In this document: piece after piece, positions 11,625-22,776 of the stretch
Numbering within the stretch: position 1 is the first letter of the stretch
How the letters are laid out: each line of letters opens with the position of its first letter
Assembly (NCBI GenBank): GCA_032718475.1
Contig: JAUCBJ010007918.1
Location: forward strand, 1-35,391
Direction of reading: 5' to 3'
Origin: Nemertoderma westbladi
Taxonomy: Eukaryota > Animalia > Xenacoelomorpha
DNA: 35,391 nt
Translations under genes and position numbers: made by a program
The notes under the pieces: generated by a model
The model's database searches: none
What the model saw: only the letters and a program-made list of their open reading frames with translations
What the model was told of the DNA's origin: nothing

Positions 11625-11669
11625 CATTTTTACTTCTACTGGTAGGCACTAATTTTTGGTTCCCCGGCT

Positions 11670-11773
11670 TTAGATCTTAGAGCACCTTAGATCCTGAACG
11701 AACTTAGATCTTGAATGAACATAGATCCTATCCATACGAATTTAGATCTTACCCATACGAACTTAGATCCTAC
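11670..11773 (+). repeat. GAACTTAGATCCT minisatellite
   Basis: Six degenerate TTAGATC(C/T)T units; reverse complement of the unit at 16600-16912. Confidence 0.8.
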
Positions 11774-12719
11774 CACCATAATAATAATACATTGCAACGA
11801 ATTAGCTATTATTTGGCAAATTATAGTTTGTTGGTGAGTCACTGATTGCTACTACTAACAGTACTTTGAGTGTATGACTTATTTGCATTAGATCATTATA
11901 AATACTTTTATATGCTTAATGTAACACAATACAATACTGTATACTATAGTATCGATACGCAATAATTATTCTTGTCCGTTTAAATCGCTCATAATGTCCT
12001 TTTTATTGGCTTTTGATGTCCGCCAGAAATCTACCGTTGGGTTCCATGCTACCGGTTTCTCTACTGCTGTTCTCTTAGGCTATCAGTACCGGTATTAGTA
12101 TATAGAGCAGTATTTTGCAATATTGCTGTATTGTATGTAGTTATAAAGCCTATGCCTTAGAAATAATATATAGCATTATACTACGTACTCAGCTACTGTA
12201 CTATAGTTATAAATGATACGTTGTAAATGAGAGAATGATGGTAATTAATAAACTTATTTCAGAATTTTAGTACCGGCTGACTGCGCTACCTTTTAAATAA
12301 TTAATAAATTTTAGATAATTGATACATATCTGGACTGTCAGGGCCCTAAACCGATTAGGTTCTCTGTTCGCAGAACACCGAACACTATTCCGGCCACGGA
12401 ACTAGTCCAGCAGAATGCCTTTATAGAATCCTGGAATTTGTGGGACGAGAGGATCTCAGCAACTAAGCGAAAACGAACAATAGGATGTTCCTAGACCCCC
12501 CCCCCAAAAATTTATCTAGAAGACTTTTTCCCATATACATTACGTTTCAAAAGTCTACGGTTCTCCGGCTAGGGCCAATTTGAGTCAAAAAGTCCGCTTC
12601 CCTAGCAACCACGTTGCTATGGAGCTACAGCCAAAACGGCTAATGCTACGGAGTTGGGACCGGCGCCAATCAATAGGCAGCATATGGGTTTACCTTCACA
12701 ACTTCGAGTTTGAAGTTGC

Positions 12720-13830
12720 CCGATCAAGATCTTGACCGTGATCAGCAAAGATCAGTTTTGATCAGGTATCGGACACTCAAGGCTTGCGACCCCACATTAG
12801 TCATGATTCCCGTTAAAATATTTTAAAAAAAGTGAATTCTTCCTGGTCAAAACGCAAGATCATGATCGCGCAAAGATCGGACTTCGTAAAATCGTAACTA
12901 AGCATTTTGGATATAAACAATTACTGTAGGAAACGTTCAGAACACCGCCCTGAGTCGATTAAAAAAATCGATCGGACAACCGGTTCTCGAGATCTGATAC
13001 CTGATCATTAAAGATCAGATTTTTTAGTTTTTTCGGATTTTCTCGAAAACTTTGTTTGAGACCCCCGATTTTTTTTTTACGAATCGACTTCTATGATGAA
13101 GGGGCAACTTTTGAGCATTTCGAAATTTTCAAAAAGCGATTTGATCAGGCCGCGATCAGAAAAGATCGTGTTTTCTGTTTTATTTCGAAGACCAAGTCCT
13201 GGGAGTTCACCGTATGGAAAAACTTAACATCACAAAAAGATTCCTCACCCTCGAATTATGGGGGGTAGCCAAAATTTGGGCATAAAAAAGTTCAAGTCTA
13301 GTGGGTCAAAACTCAAGATCATGATCGCGAAAAGATCAGTATATTTAAAATCGAATCTAAGAATTTTTCTAATAAACATTCATTGTAAGAAATGTGCAAT
13401 GGTCTATTCTGAGTTGATTAAAAAAAAATTGGCTCGATCGGGCAACCAGTTATCGAGATCAGCTTCCTGATCATAAAAGATTGTGTTTTTCTGTTTTTCC
13501 CGATTTTCTCGAAAACTTTGTTTGAGACCCCCGATTTTTTTTTTACGAATCGACTTCTATGGTGAAGGGGCAACTTTTGAGCATTTCAAAATTTTCAAAA
13601 AGCAATTTGATCTGGCCATGATCAGGAAAGATCATGTTTTCGGTTTTATTTCGAAGACCAAGTCCTGTAAGTTCACCGTATGAAAAAACTTAACATTACA
13701 AAAAGATTCCTCACCCTCGAATTAGAGGGGGTAGCCAAAATTTGACCATAAAAAAGTTCAATTCTAGGGGGTCAAAAGATCATGATCGCGAAATGATCAG
13801 TTTTTTCGAAATTACTTCTGAGCATTTTGG
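12720..13830. repeat. GATC-rich ~465-bp tandem unit, about 2.5 copies (unclassified repeat element)
   Basis: GATCATGATCGCG recurs near 12858, 13317 and 13778; TTTCTCGAAAACTTTGTTTGAGACCCCCG recurs near 13038 and 13505. Confidence 0.85.
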
Positions 13831-15058
13831 GGCAAAACTTTCAAACTAAAAAACATTCACTGGAGTGTTCTAAGTAGATTAAAAAAAATTTCGACTCAAT
13901 AGGCCTACCGGTACCGGAGATATGGTCGTCCAAAGTCTGCTTCCGGTAATTCGAAAATATTTCGAAAACCCTTGATCGAATTTTTTCCTTGAAAATATGT
14001 GAATGTACAGTTAGTGTACCCGCATCTAACGATATATCACAATCCATATTTCGGATGACAGGTACCGGTGAAATCAGACTTTACCGAAAAAAATTCAAAT
14101 TTTAGCTACTCATGTCTGACTATCTCGAAAACTATAATAGGTATGGAAATGCTTTCACTGCAAGAAATGTTCGCCTATCCAATGCGCTTCTAACTCTGTG
14201 CTGGGATTTTGCATAGTGTCAAAACCTACAACTTAACCCCCCCAGCGGAGGGAACGGAGTGACCGGAGCGCCAGTACTATCTTTCATTATTATGAAGTAA
14301 TAAGGGCGGTGGGTGGGGTAGGTGGTGAACACTATTTATAGGGTGGAGGGAGGGTCTAGTATATTACTTTAGGATATTTGATTTCTTTGCAATATAGTTT
14401 AGCTGCCTCAGTCTTATTTGTAATATGTTATACATTATATCAAATTATATCAAGTTTTAACATACTACATTGTCTACCTGTAGGAGAAATATACAATGTA
14501 GGGCTCATAATATATTTATAAATAAATGTAGTATATTTACATTGTATCCAGAGTTAATTGATACTATTACGGTATTATACTAAAGACGCCGCTTTGATAT
14601 ATCTGATCAAATGGCAATTTCTTGTATATTATCTATTTCACTATCTTGGGTATATCATTCAATTTCTAAAACTATAATAATAAACATTTACTTCACTTCT
14701 TGTTTACTCGCATGGATATATTGATATAAAACACTTCAGTATAATATCTTATAGGGCCAAACACAGATTAATCGGAATAATATGTTTAATTATTATTACA
14801 ATGGGCACATTGAAGTAAGTAGTACATGAGTTTGATAAAATAATTATGAATCTGTATCTTATTCTACTTTGTCTATATGATTATGTTATATAATAATGTT
14901 ACTTTATCACTTTGGTTTAAACCGATCTCCTTTACTATTACTTACTACTTATACTACTACTACTATTACTACTACTGCTACTGACTACTACAGAGTTATA
15001 TATTATAAGAGGATGGGGTTCGTGATTATTAGTTATTATACAAGTGCCCCTCGGCTAT
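12742..15058 (+). repeat. Left arm of ~2.3 kb inverted repeat
   Basis: Reverse complement of 24973-27338, from TCAGCAAAGATC to CAAGTGCCCCTCGGCTAT, with scattered substitutions and small indels. Confidence 0.95.
14933..14991. repeat. Degenerate (TAC)n microsatellite
   Basis: TACTAC runs; shorter (GTA)n counterpart at about 25045-25085 in the right arm. Confidence 0.8.
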
Positions 15059-15343
15059 AGAGAGTCCACCCTCGGTTGCTTACTGGATAATGCATTTAAA
15101 ATGGATCATGACTACTGTAATGTTATGGGTATTTGTAGTGGTACCTCTAAATCTGTAATGTAGTTCTAAACTAACAGATCAGTCCACATACAATGTGTTC
15201 GAAAAATCTACTTATTCCCCATTTGAAACACACTATGATATCGAAAATATCGGGCCGGTTTTAGCTAAAAAGCAAAAACGTTGTCCCAATAAAGGATATA
15301 CTGGACAACTGTACATAATGTAAAATAATGCCGCAAGATAATG

Positions 15344-16205
15344 TGCTCCTTTTCCTCAATTGGTAAAGTGTGGTCTCGGTTATTGTTTTGGTTAGAAAAT
15401 TCCGTTACTGTAACCTGCTCCTCTCCCCAATTGCTAAATTGATCGTTTATTGTCTTGGTTAGAAACACCCGCTTCTGTAACCTGCTATTTTCCCTCAATT
15501 GGTAATTGTGATCGTGTATTATTGTTATGGTTAGAAAAGCCCGCATCTGTAACCTGCTCCTTTCCCCAATTGGTAAAGTGACCGTTTATTGTTTTAGTTA
15601 GAAAAGCCCGCCTCTGTAACCTGATCCTTTCCCCCAATACGTGAAGTTTATTATTTTGGCTAGAATAGCCCTTCTATGTAACCTGCTCGTTTTCCCCCAA
15701 TAGGTAAACTGATTGTTTATTGTTTTGATTAGAATAGCCAGTGTAACCTGCTCCGTTCCCTCAATTGGTAAGGTGCTTGTTTCTTGTTTTGGTTAGAAAA
15801 GAGCTGAAGAGTGCCTCTGGAACCTGCTCCTTTTCCTCAATGGGTAAGGAGACTGTTTATTGTTTTGGTTAGAAAATCCCGCCTCTGTAACCTGCTCCTT
15901 TCCATCAATTAGTTAAGTGATCGTTTATAGTTTTGGTTAGAAAATCTCGCTTCTGTAATCTGCTCCTTTCCCTGATGTGGTAAAGTGACCGTTTATTGTC
16001 TTGGTTAGAAAGCCCGCCTCTGTAACCTGCTCCTTTCCTTCATTTGGTAAACGGACTGTTTATTATTGTTTTGGTTAGAAAATCCCGCATCTGTATCCTG
16101 CTCCTTTCCCTCAATTAGTTAAATGATCGTCTATTGTTTTGGTTAGAAAATCCGGCCTCTCTAACCTTCTCCTTTCCATCAATTGGTAATTGTTTTTGGC
16201 TATAA
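15344..16205. repeat. ~68-bp minisatellite, about 13 copies
   Basis: Consensus GTAACCTGCTCCTTTCCCTCAATTGGTAAAGTGACCGTTTATTGTTTTGGTTAGAAAATCCCGCCTCT, with unit starts near 15410, 15477, 15549, 15616, 15678, 15743, 15819, 15887, 15955, 16022, 16093. Confidence 0.95.
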
Positions 16206-16599
16206 AATGAGTGTTTTGCTACGTCATATTGTAACCGATTATCGACAACAACCACCAACTATTAAATTTAGAGTCTTTTACCACAGGCGCATATGGAAAT
16301 CTATCTCATAGTCTATAAATCATGGAATTTTGAATGTTTTGCCACAATTATTGTAAATTAAACTGTCTGACAGTCAAGAAATCAACAAATGTTGAATGTT
16401 TTGGCATAGGCACTTTTGAAATCAACTGTCTGACAGTCCAGAAATCACCAGTCTGACAGTTTGAAGAAATACATACATAAAAAGTCATTAAATGGACAAC
16501 AAAAGTCATTATGCACAATTCGTAATAAAAGGCGGACAAAAAAGTCAAATAAACAGACATAAAAAATGACTGCCGTATGGATAGAACGCGGCGAAAGCA

Positions 16600-16912
16600 G
16601 TGGTTCACCTACTGTAGTTAGGATCTAAGTTCACCTAGTTAGGTTCTATGTTCACCAAGTTAGGATCTAAGTTCACCTAGTTAGGATATAAGTTCCCCTA
16701 GTTAGGATCTAAGTTCACCTACTTTCTAGTTAGGATCTAAGTTTACCTAGGTAGGATCTAAGTTCACCCAGATATGATCTATAAGTTCACCTAGGTAGGA
16801 TCTAAGTTCACCCAGATAGGATATATGTTCGCATATATAGGACCTAAGTTCGCATAAAAGATCTAAGTTCATCAAAGTCAGGCCCTGCAGGATCTAAGTT
16901 CGTTTTACCCTA
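16600..16912. repeat. ~21-bp minisatellite (GGATCTAAGTTCACCTAGTTA)
   Basis: About 13 tandem copies; the array ends in TTTACCCTA. Confidence 0.93.
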
Positions 16913-17448
16913 GGCTAATTTTTCAGTATTAATCAAGGGACTACTATGACCAGTAGTACAGTACCGGTAGTATACTACTGTACCGTACTATCAGTCAGCT
17001 AGTAGTATATTAGTCCTTGCCTTGGGAGGCCTATCACTGTATTATCTATTAATTTAACATTCTGACATTACAGCCTACCGGTAGTCCTTGATTACAGCAT
17101 TAACCCTACAGTACTGCAGTATGGGAAACGAAGTGCGAAGGCTGAAACGACACCCCAATTGGAAATTTGTAGACAGTTGCGGTAGGTAGGTAGGCGGTAG
17201 GCGTAGGCCTAACCGTTTACTTTAACAGTTTAACCGTTTACGTTTAGGCGTTTACTGACTGTACTGGTAGAGGTTAGTACAGCAGTCTGGCAGTACTGCA
17301 GTAACCTCTCTGCCTCTACCAGTGACCAGTAAAGGCCTACGACAAATACTGACATACGACCGCACGGCACCCGGCGCAAGCTTCGCTTTTTGCTATTTTA
17401 GGCCTACTTCTGTACTTGCATTGTTGTAAGTTCCGAAGTTGTAACACC

Positions 17449-18909
17449 ATGGAGAACAATCTTACAACTGAGTCTGTGATTAAGATTAAACCATATCATG
17501 ACGAATCACCTTGTTCGCCGACCCCGACCCCGACAGCCACGACTTGCAACGACGATACACTTAGTTCTAATGAAACTGTTGACGATAATAAAACTGAATT
17601 GAACTCCTTACTTGGAGTTGAGGAGTCACTGGAACTTCCAACGAAAAAGTTAAAAAAGCGAATTCGGTGTCCCCAACCAGTGAGTAACGAGATAAACAGC
17701 CTTTACAAAGTCGCCCCACCGTCGCCTTTATCTTATAGGCTTTACGGTTTGCCAATACGTCATCCGAATCACCTTAAATATGGGAACTTAATTTACGTTG
17801 AAACTATGTGTAACGGCGGCGCAGAAGTTGTAAGTTGTATATCCGACGAAGTTAACAGCTTAGTCGGTGAACAACTTACGGAATTCGCGCGAGAATTCAT
17901 CCAGTTTGTTTTCCTCGAGAAACAGGAAGCTGTTGCGGAACACGTCCTCGGAATAGTTCGTGGCGGTTGCCAAGCAATTCCTGACTTTCTAGAATACTTC
18001 GCGAAGCACCATCCCTCGATGAACGTTACAACTTCCCCGATGAGCAACCCTAAGGAGGTTCAGACGGTTAAATTTTCTAAATTCCACGAAGAGATTCGAG
18101 AAACTTATCGCAGCGGAATCTATCGATACGGGCCGCTGCTGAATATATCGTTAGTTGGGCGGGTTCGGGAGGAGGCGGGCGGGTTCTTCCCAGAGCTGCT
18201 CGACGCGTTGGAGGAGTCGCCATTCCTACGGGAAACTCTGCCTTGGGGCGCCATGAGTTCGGTAGTCATGGGAACGAGGGAGGAGTCCAACGACGGCCCG
18301 ATACTGTGGGTGCGGCCCGGCGAGCAGGTGGTGTCCGCGGCGGAGATTGGGGGGCGCGCGGGGGCCGGTCGAGGGGGCGGGCGATCTCCCGGGAAGCACA
18401 ACGCGAGGGGGCAGTTGAGACGCCTATACTCAGCTAGGAGCAACCAACCCCGGGAGTTTGTGTTCGAGGACCGAACTAAACCGCACGCCGACCATGTCGG
18501 ACACGGGTTGGACAGACGGACAACGGCCGCCGTGGGGCTGCTCAAGGGTGTAGCGGTCCCCCAGGGGGCCGACCTACCCACCGCCCCGTACCGCGAGGTT
18601 AAGGAAGCGATCCTATTCCACGCAAAGGATTTCCCCCGCGTGGTCTCCCGCCTACAGTTGGACCTCTACGAGCCGCCGATGTCGCAATGCGCCGATTGGC
18701 TGGACGAAGGGAAACTCAACCAATTAGAGGCGGAGGGCGTTAGTTACGCCCGCTTGCGTCTCCATCACAACGACATGTATTTTATTCCTCGGAACGTTGT
18801 ACACCAGTTCCGAACGGTTTCTGCGTGCACCAGTATAGCCTGGCACGTCCGTCTCAAACAATATTATAGCAACACATTTGGGGAAACTGATGGGGATTTA
18901 ACTTCCTAA
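17449..18909 (+). CDS. RSBN1: RSBN1/KDM9/DPY-21 family JmjC-like histone H4K20 demethylase, 486 aa, single coding exon
   Basis: Family motifs [87 protein letters not shown] at 17449 has Kozak context ACCATGG (the ORF track starts at an upstream TTG). Confidence 0.95.
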   Translation: MENNLTTESVIKIKPYHDESPCSPTPTPTATTCNDDTLSSNETVDDNKTELNSLLGVEESLELPTKKLKKRIRCPQPVSNEINSLYKVAPPSPLSYRLYGLPIRHPNHLKYGNLIYVETMCNGGAEVVSCISDEVNSLVGEQLTEFAREFIQFVFLEKQEAVAEHVLGIVRGGCQAIPDFLEYFAKHHPSMNVTTSPMSNPKEVQTVKFSKFHEEIRETYRSGIYRYGPLLNISLVGRVREEAGGFFPELLDALEESPFLRETLPWGAMSSVVMGTREESNDGPILWVRPGEQVVSAAEIGGRAGAGRGGGRSPGKHNARGQLRRLYSARSNQPREFVFEDRTKPHADHVGHGLDRRTTAAVGLLKGVAVPQGADLPTAPYREVKEAILFHAKDFPRVVSRLQLDLYEPPMSQCADWLDEGKLNQLEAEGVSYARLRLHHNDMYFIPRNVVHQFRTVSACTSIAWHVRLKQYYSNTFGETDGDLTS

Positions 18910-18936
18910 AATGAACTTCACAAATTGACCTGATGT

Positions 18937-18942
18937 ATTAAA
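18937..18942 (+). terminator. Candidate polyadenylation signal for RSBN1
   Basis: ATTAAA about 28 nt after the stop, with GT/T-rich sequence downstream. Confidence 0.4.
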
Positions 18943-19634
18943 ATTATAATTATTATGTGACGAAAGAACGAGACATTCTATGTTTTGTATTTATGTAAAT
19001 ACATTTTATACGAGAAACAATAATTTAGTTTGAGTGTTTTTTTGTTATCGAGTTTTTAGATTTTTCTCTAATAATTTTTAACTTCTGAAGTTGCAATATA
19101 TTTGTTTTTTTCACCCTCTTCCTTTTCTATTTCATAGCTGCCATTAATATTTTATTGAACCCACAACATCGCTGCCAGTAGATAGCCATGTATGTAATTA
19201 AAGCTAGAGGAATTAACAATCCAATAAATAACCTTGTAAATAGAAACAGAATTACTCTGCCTCGACTCCATGGCCTAGTCGATGGGCTGCGTTTTTGTTG
19301 GTGTAACAGTAGCTTACTATAGGCCTATTACGACAATGCAACAATACCCTGGTAGTTTCACTTTACCACCCAGAGACTTATGGTTGCTCGGTGTGGTGTA
19401 ATACTTATTTACTTACCCTTACTACCTTGTTAGTAAGTATCCCGTATATTCCATTAAAAAAAATTTTACAAATGTAAAATTACCAGGTTTTTTAACATTT
19501 TTTGTAAATTATTGGTGTTAGGGAGCGTGGCAAATTAATTTCTTAAATGGACTGGACACTAACAATGAATGTCCTGGGGCTATGGATTGGTAATATAAAC
19601 TCACAGTTCACTATTGGAACTTATTATTTCAGGC

Positions 19635-20896
19635 CAAGGAAAGGATACGATACGAAACGAATGCAATTTTGAGAAGATACGATACGAAAAATCCAAGATA
19701 CGATACGAAATACGAAAAATGTATCGTATTTTTTTCGATCGTATTTTATTTCAGAGTTAATATCAAAAATGTATTTAATTTGTACAATATTACACTTATA
19801 TGTATTATTATATTAACTATTATTATTATTATTACCTTATATTACAAATATTTTTATTTCATTTATCCAGTTTAACCTTCAATTTACGAAAAAATAAATA
19901 TATTATAAAAATACATGACGAATGAGCTCTACACTGCTTGCTAACGCCTACGGCAACAGTGCTACTACTGGCTACAACAATTATTAGGACTTTTTGCAAT
20001 AAGGGACATAATAATAGGTTTACAATTGTCATGTCACTGTTAGTGTTTAAAGGGGATCCCGATCCCGAAAAACCGGGATCCCGGCGAAAAGTGCAATCCC
20101 GATCCCGAGGTTTTTGGAACGGGATCCCGATTTATAAATAGTAAAGTGAATTTATTGATTGATTTATTGATTATTGAATATTTTTATTATATCGAATTTT
20201 TATGCCAGTAAACACTCCAGTAATCAATTGCAAAATAATTTTAATATAACTTTATCTTACTATTATTTCAGAAGTGTAAGATAAAGCTGTAAAGTGAGTA
20301 TTAAACAAAACCCGCCACATATACTATTAACTTTGAGGAATTTAATCAAAAATTTAAATCCCGAAAAACGGGATCCCGAGAGTGATAATCCCGGTCCCGA
20401 TCCCGAAGTCTGATCCCGTTTAAACACTACACTTTAGGCATACTGGAATAAAAACTTTACTTACTGCCTTAAATGGATGCAATGATGATTAATATGGAAT
20501 AAATATGTTCCTTACATTCAAATCTTTAAACTAAAACTAGTAAGTATTGTTATACTCATAGTATATCAGTGTCTTTTATACTTATCTAAAATATTAGTAT
20601 CCTACAGTTAATTACAATGTGAATAACGACTCTGCATTACACATTTTATTGACAACTGTAAGCTTTAACCTGCTATTTTATACAAAAATTTTGTAAAATA
20701 ATTTGTAAACAATTTGATCCTAGTTTGACTGTTAAAACGTTAATATAAAAATAACATATTATACGAAAAAATAATTAATTATTCGTATTATAGGATACGA
20801 AATCAATCTTTATTATACGATACGAAATTCGATACGAAGAAAATACTTTTGATGCCGGTACGAAGATCCGATTTCGTATCGTATCGCCTGTCCCTG
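19635..20896. mobile_element. hAT-type MITE with GATACG subterminal repeats
   Basis: Imperfect TIRs CAAGGAAAGG-ATACGATACGAAA / CAGGGACAGGCGATACGATACGAAA; flanks ATTTCAGGC (19626-19634) and ATTTCAGC (20897-20904) fit an 8-bp TSD with one inserted base. Confidence 0.75.
20041..20429. mobile_element. Nested hAT-type MITE with GGGATCCCG repeats
   Basis: 18-bp TIR TAGTGTTTAAA(G/C)GGGATC with 1 mismatch; many GATCCCG subterminal motifs; TSD only partial (CACTGT / CACTTT). Confidence 0.85.
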
Positions 20897-21696
20897 ATTT
20901 CAGCCTCAATCTAAAACATCGCATCATGGCCTTCCCCATTGGATGTTGTAGTTCACGGATGTTGTAGTTCACAAGGTTCCGATGCAATAATAGCATCATT
21001 CGTGTAGCTACTTTTTTAGTTAAATTGTTTAAGTATGTCTGCCTAACTAATTGTGATTTTGTATTTCGAGTTTGTTGTTTATTTATTTATAGTTTACTAG
21101 GAACATATTAACTTCTAATTTGTGCGTTCTTTACTACTTGTTTTCATATTTGTAAAACGTGCGATATCATCATGATACCAATATGAAATATACAATAATT
21201 ATTAAACAAAAACATTTCCCAACCGTTTCAAAAGACAATATTATCTGAAAATAGTCATTTCTAGATTTTTTAAACTTGTTTAAAAATATTCCTAAAACTA
21301 AATATACAACAAATGATACATTACATTAAAAAATATAAACTTTACTACTGTGGTGAAATAAAAACACCCATTATCGAAATTTATCATTGACCATAAAAAG
21401 ATATTATTAATGTTCGTTCATTCACCAAGATCGAACCCTTTAATCTCCAAATCTGATTCATCTCCATCAGTTTCATTTGCAGGCACCAACTTCTATAATA
21501 AACTCTTAAGTGGTTTGATTTCTAGATTGTTATAGATTGCATACAATTATTACATCAAGTTGGCCTACGCGCAGTACGTGACTTAAAGTGTCTTATGTTA
21601 ATTGTCAACTGGAAAGAATTATAAGCTAAATCTATGCAGATGTCCCCTAATCACTTTACCACTTAGAGGCAGACTGGATAACAGCAGTCGATTTAA

Positions 21697-22185
21697 CCCT
21701 ATCCATACCGGGGGGGGGGGGGGGACTTTTGGAGACCCACTTTATTTGATTGCTTGGTTCAAAGCCAAACCACATTTATTCAAGTGAAATTCCGTTACTT
21801 TTCCTAAAATTTATTATTCTTTATCTTAAAACAAAAATTAATTTTCATATTATTATTTATGACCATGAAAATGACACGTAAACTGACCTGTCTCTGAAAC
21901 TGTCATATTATTGCTGAACTATTGTAGGAGGGAAATTTAAAATTCAATCAATTTAAAATCAATTTAAACATAATTATAGTATATAAATATTATATTTGAG
22001 CATTAGTGTGTGGCATATTTGAATAGAGGAATAAATTTTGTATCTAAAACTTTTTACTTTAAAGTAATATCATCACACCACACAAAGTTATATGCTTCCA
22101 AACTTTACGTCCCCAAAAGTCCCCCCACCCCCCCCCCCCCCCCCCCGGTAGTTTGAGCGTCTAAAGTACCCCGGTATGGATAGGG
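21697..22185. mobile_element. piggyBac-type MITE
   Basis: Perfect 17-bp TIR CCCTATCCATACCGGGG, TTAA on both sides (21693-21696, 22186-22189), and an inner inverted repeat GGGGACTTTTGG / CCAAAAGTCCCC next to poly-G / poly-C runs. Confidence 0.92.
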
Positions 22186-22279
22186 TTAAGCCCTCACAAA
22201 AACTCAGTATGCGGTCTAGAATATATGTGCCAGGCATCAATCAGGAAGAAAGGATTATTAACAGCCTTGGATATTAATG

Positions 22280-22424
22280 GGCTTTCCAAGATTTGGACTT
22301 AAGGTCTGATTATTTAGAGCAGCAGTAGTTCCAGTACTCCTCTATGGGAGTCAATGCTGGGCTCTAACTGCCGAGGACACCAAATTCTCGATAGCACATT
22401 TACGAGAATGCTACGCCGGGTTCA
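22280..22424 (+). mobile_element. Fragment of RTE family 2
   Basis: Diverged reverse complement of about 23145-23313 (LFRAAVVPVLLYGS region) with a small deletion. Confidence 0.85.
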
Positions 22425-22776
22425 CGAAATGACGGAATGTTTTCATTTCAGTCAGTTCTAAAATGTTTTCATTTCAGCCCACTAGCGGTAGACTGGAGAA
22501 CTGCCGAGGGATTACTGTCCCAACAAAAAAGACGCAAACTGTTGATAATCTATGGTCTAGCATGTAGGCCCTATATTTGCCAAGTTTCAGCTTAAGCGGA
22601 TAACAAAGATTCGACCTCTAGCGGCAAACTGTATAAGTGTACAGTAGGTGGAGTACCGTCCCTCAGAGAAGCAGCAAGTTCTCTAGAACATATGTGCCAA
22701 TATTCAGATTAAACGAATTAAAATCACGGTTTTTAGGACATTTCTCCCTTTGGTGATCACCCTTCCTCAAAAAGAC

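Noticed and set aside
13056-13683. Repeated short ORFs (RPPIFFLRIDFY...), also at 26547-27019, as a gene family
   Set aside because: By-products of the 465-bp repeat and its inverted copy; frames and stops are not conserved between copies and there is no domain similarity.
15265-16608. ORFs 15265-15546 and 16348-16608 as genes
   Set aside because: Translations of minisatellite or repeat-rich DNA with no domain signal.
15344-16912. CRISPR array
   Set aside because: Units are contiguous diverged tandem repeats without unique spacers; the context is eukaryotic and there are no cas genes.
17416-17448. ORF-track start of RSBN1 at TTG 17416
   Set aside because: Non-ATG start; ATG 17449 is in frame with a strong Kozak context.
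18120-18581. 153-aa antisense ORF in RSBN1, and antisense ORFs in Piezo and the LINEs
   Set aside because: Shadow ORFs expected opposite coding sequence, especially where it is GC-rich; no recognisable motifs.
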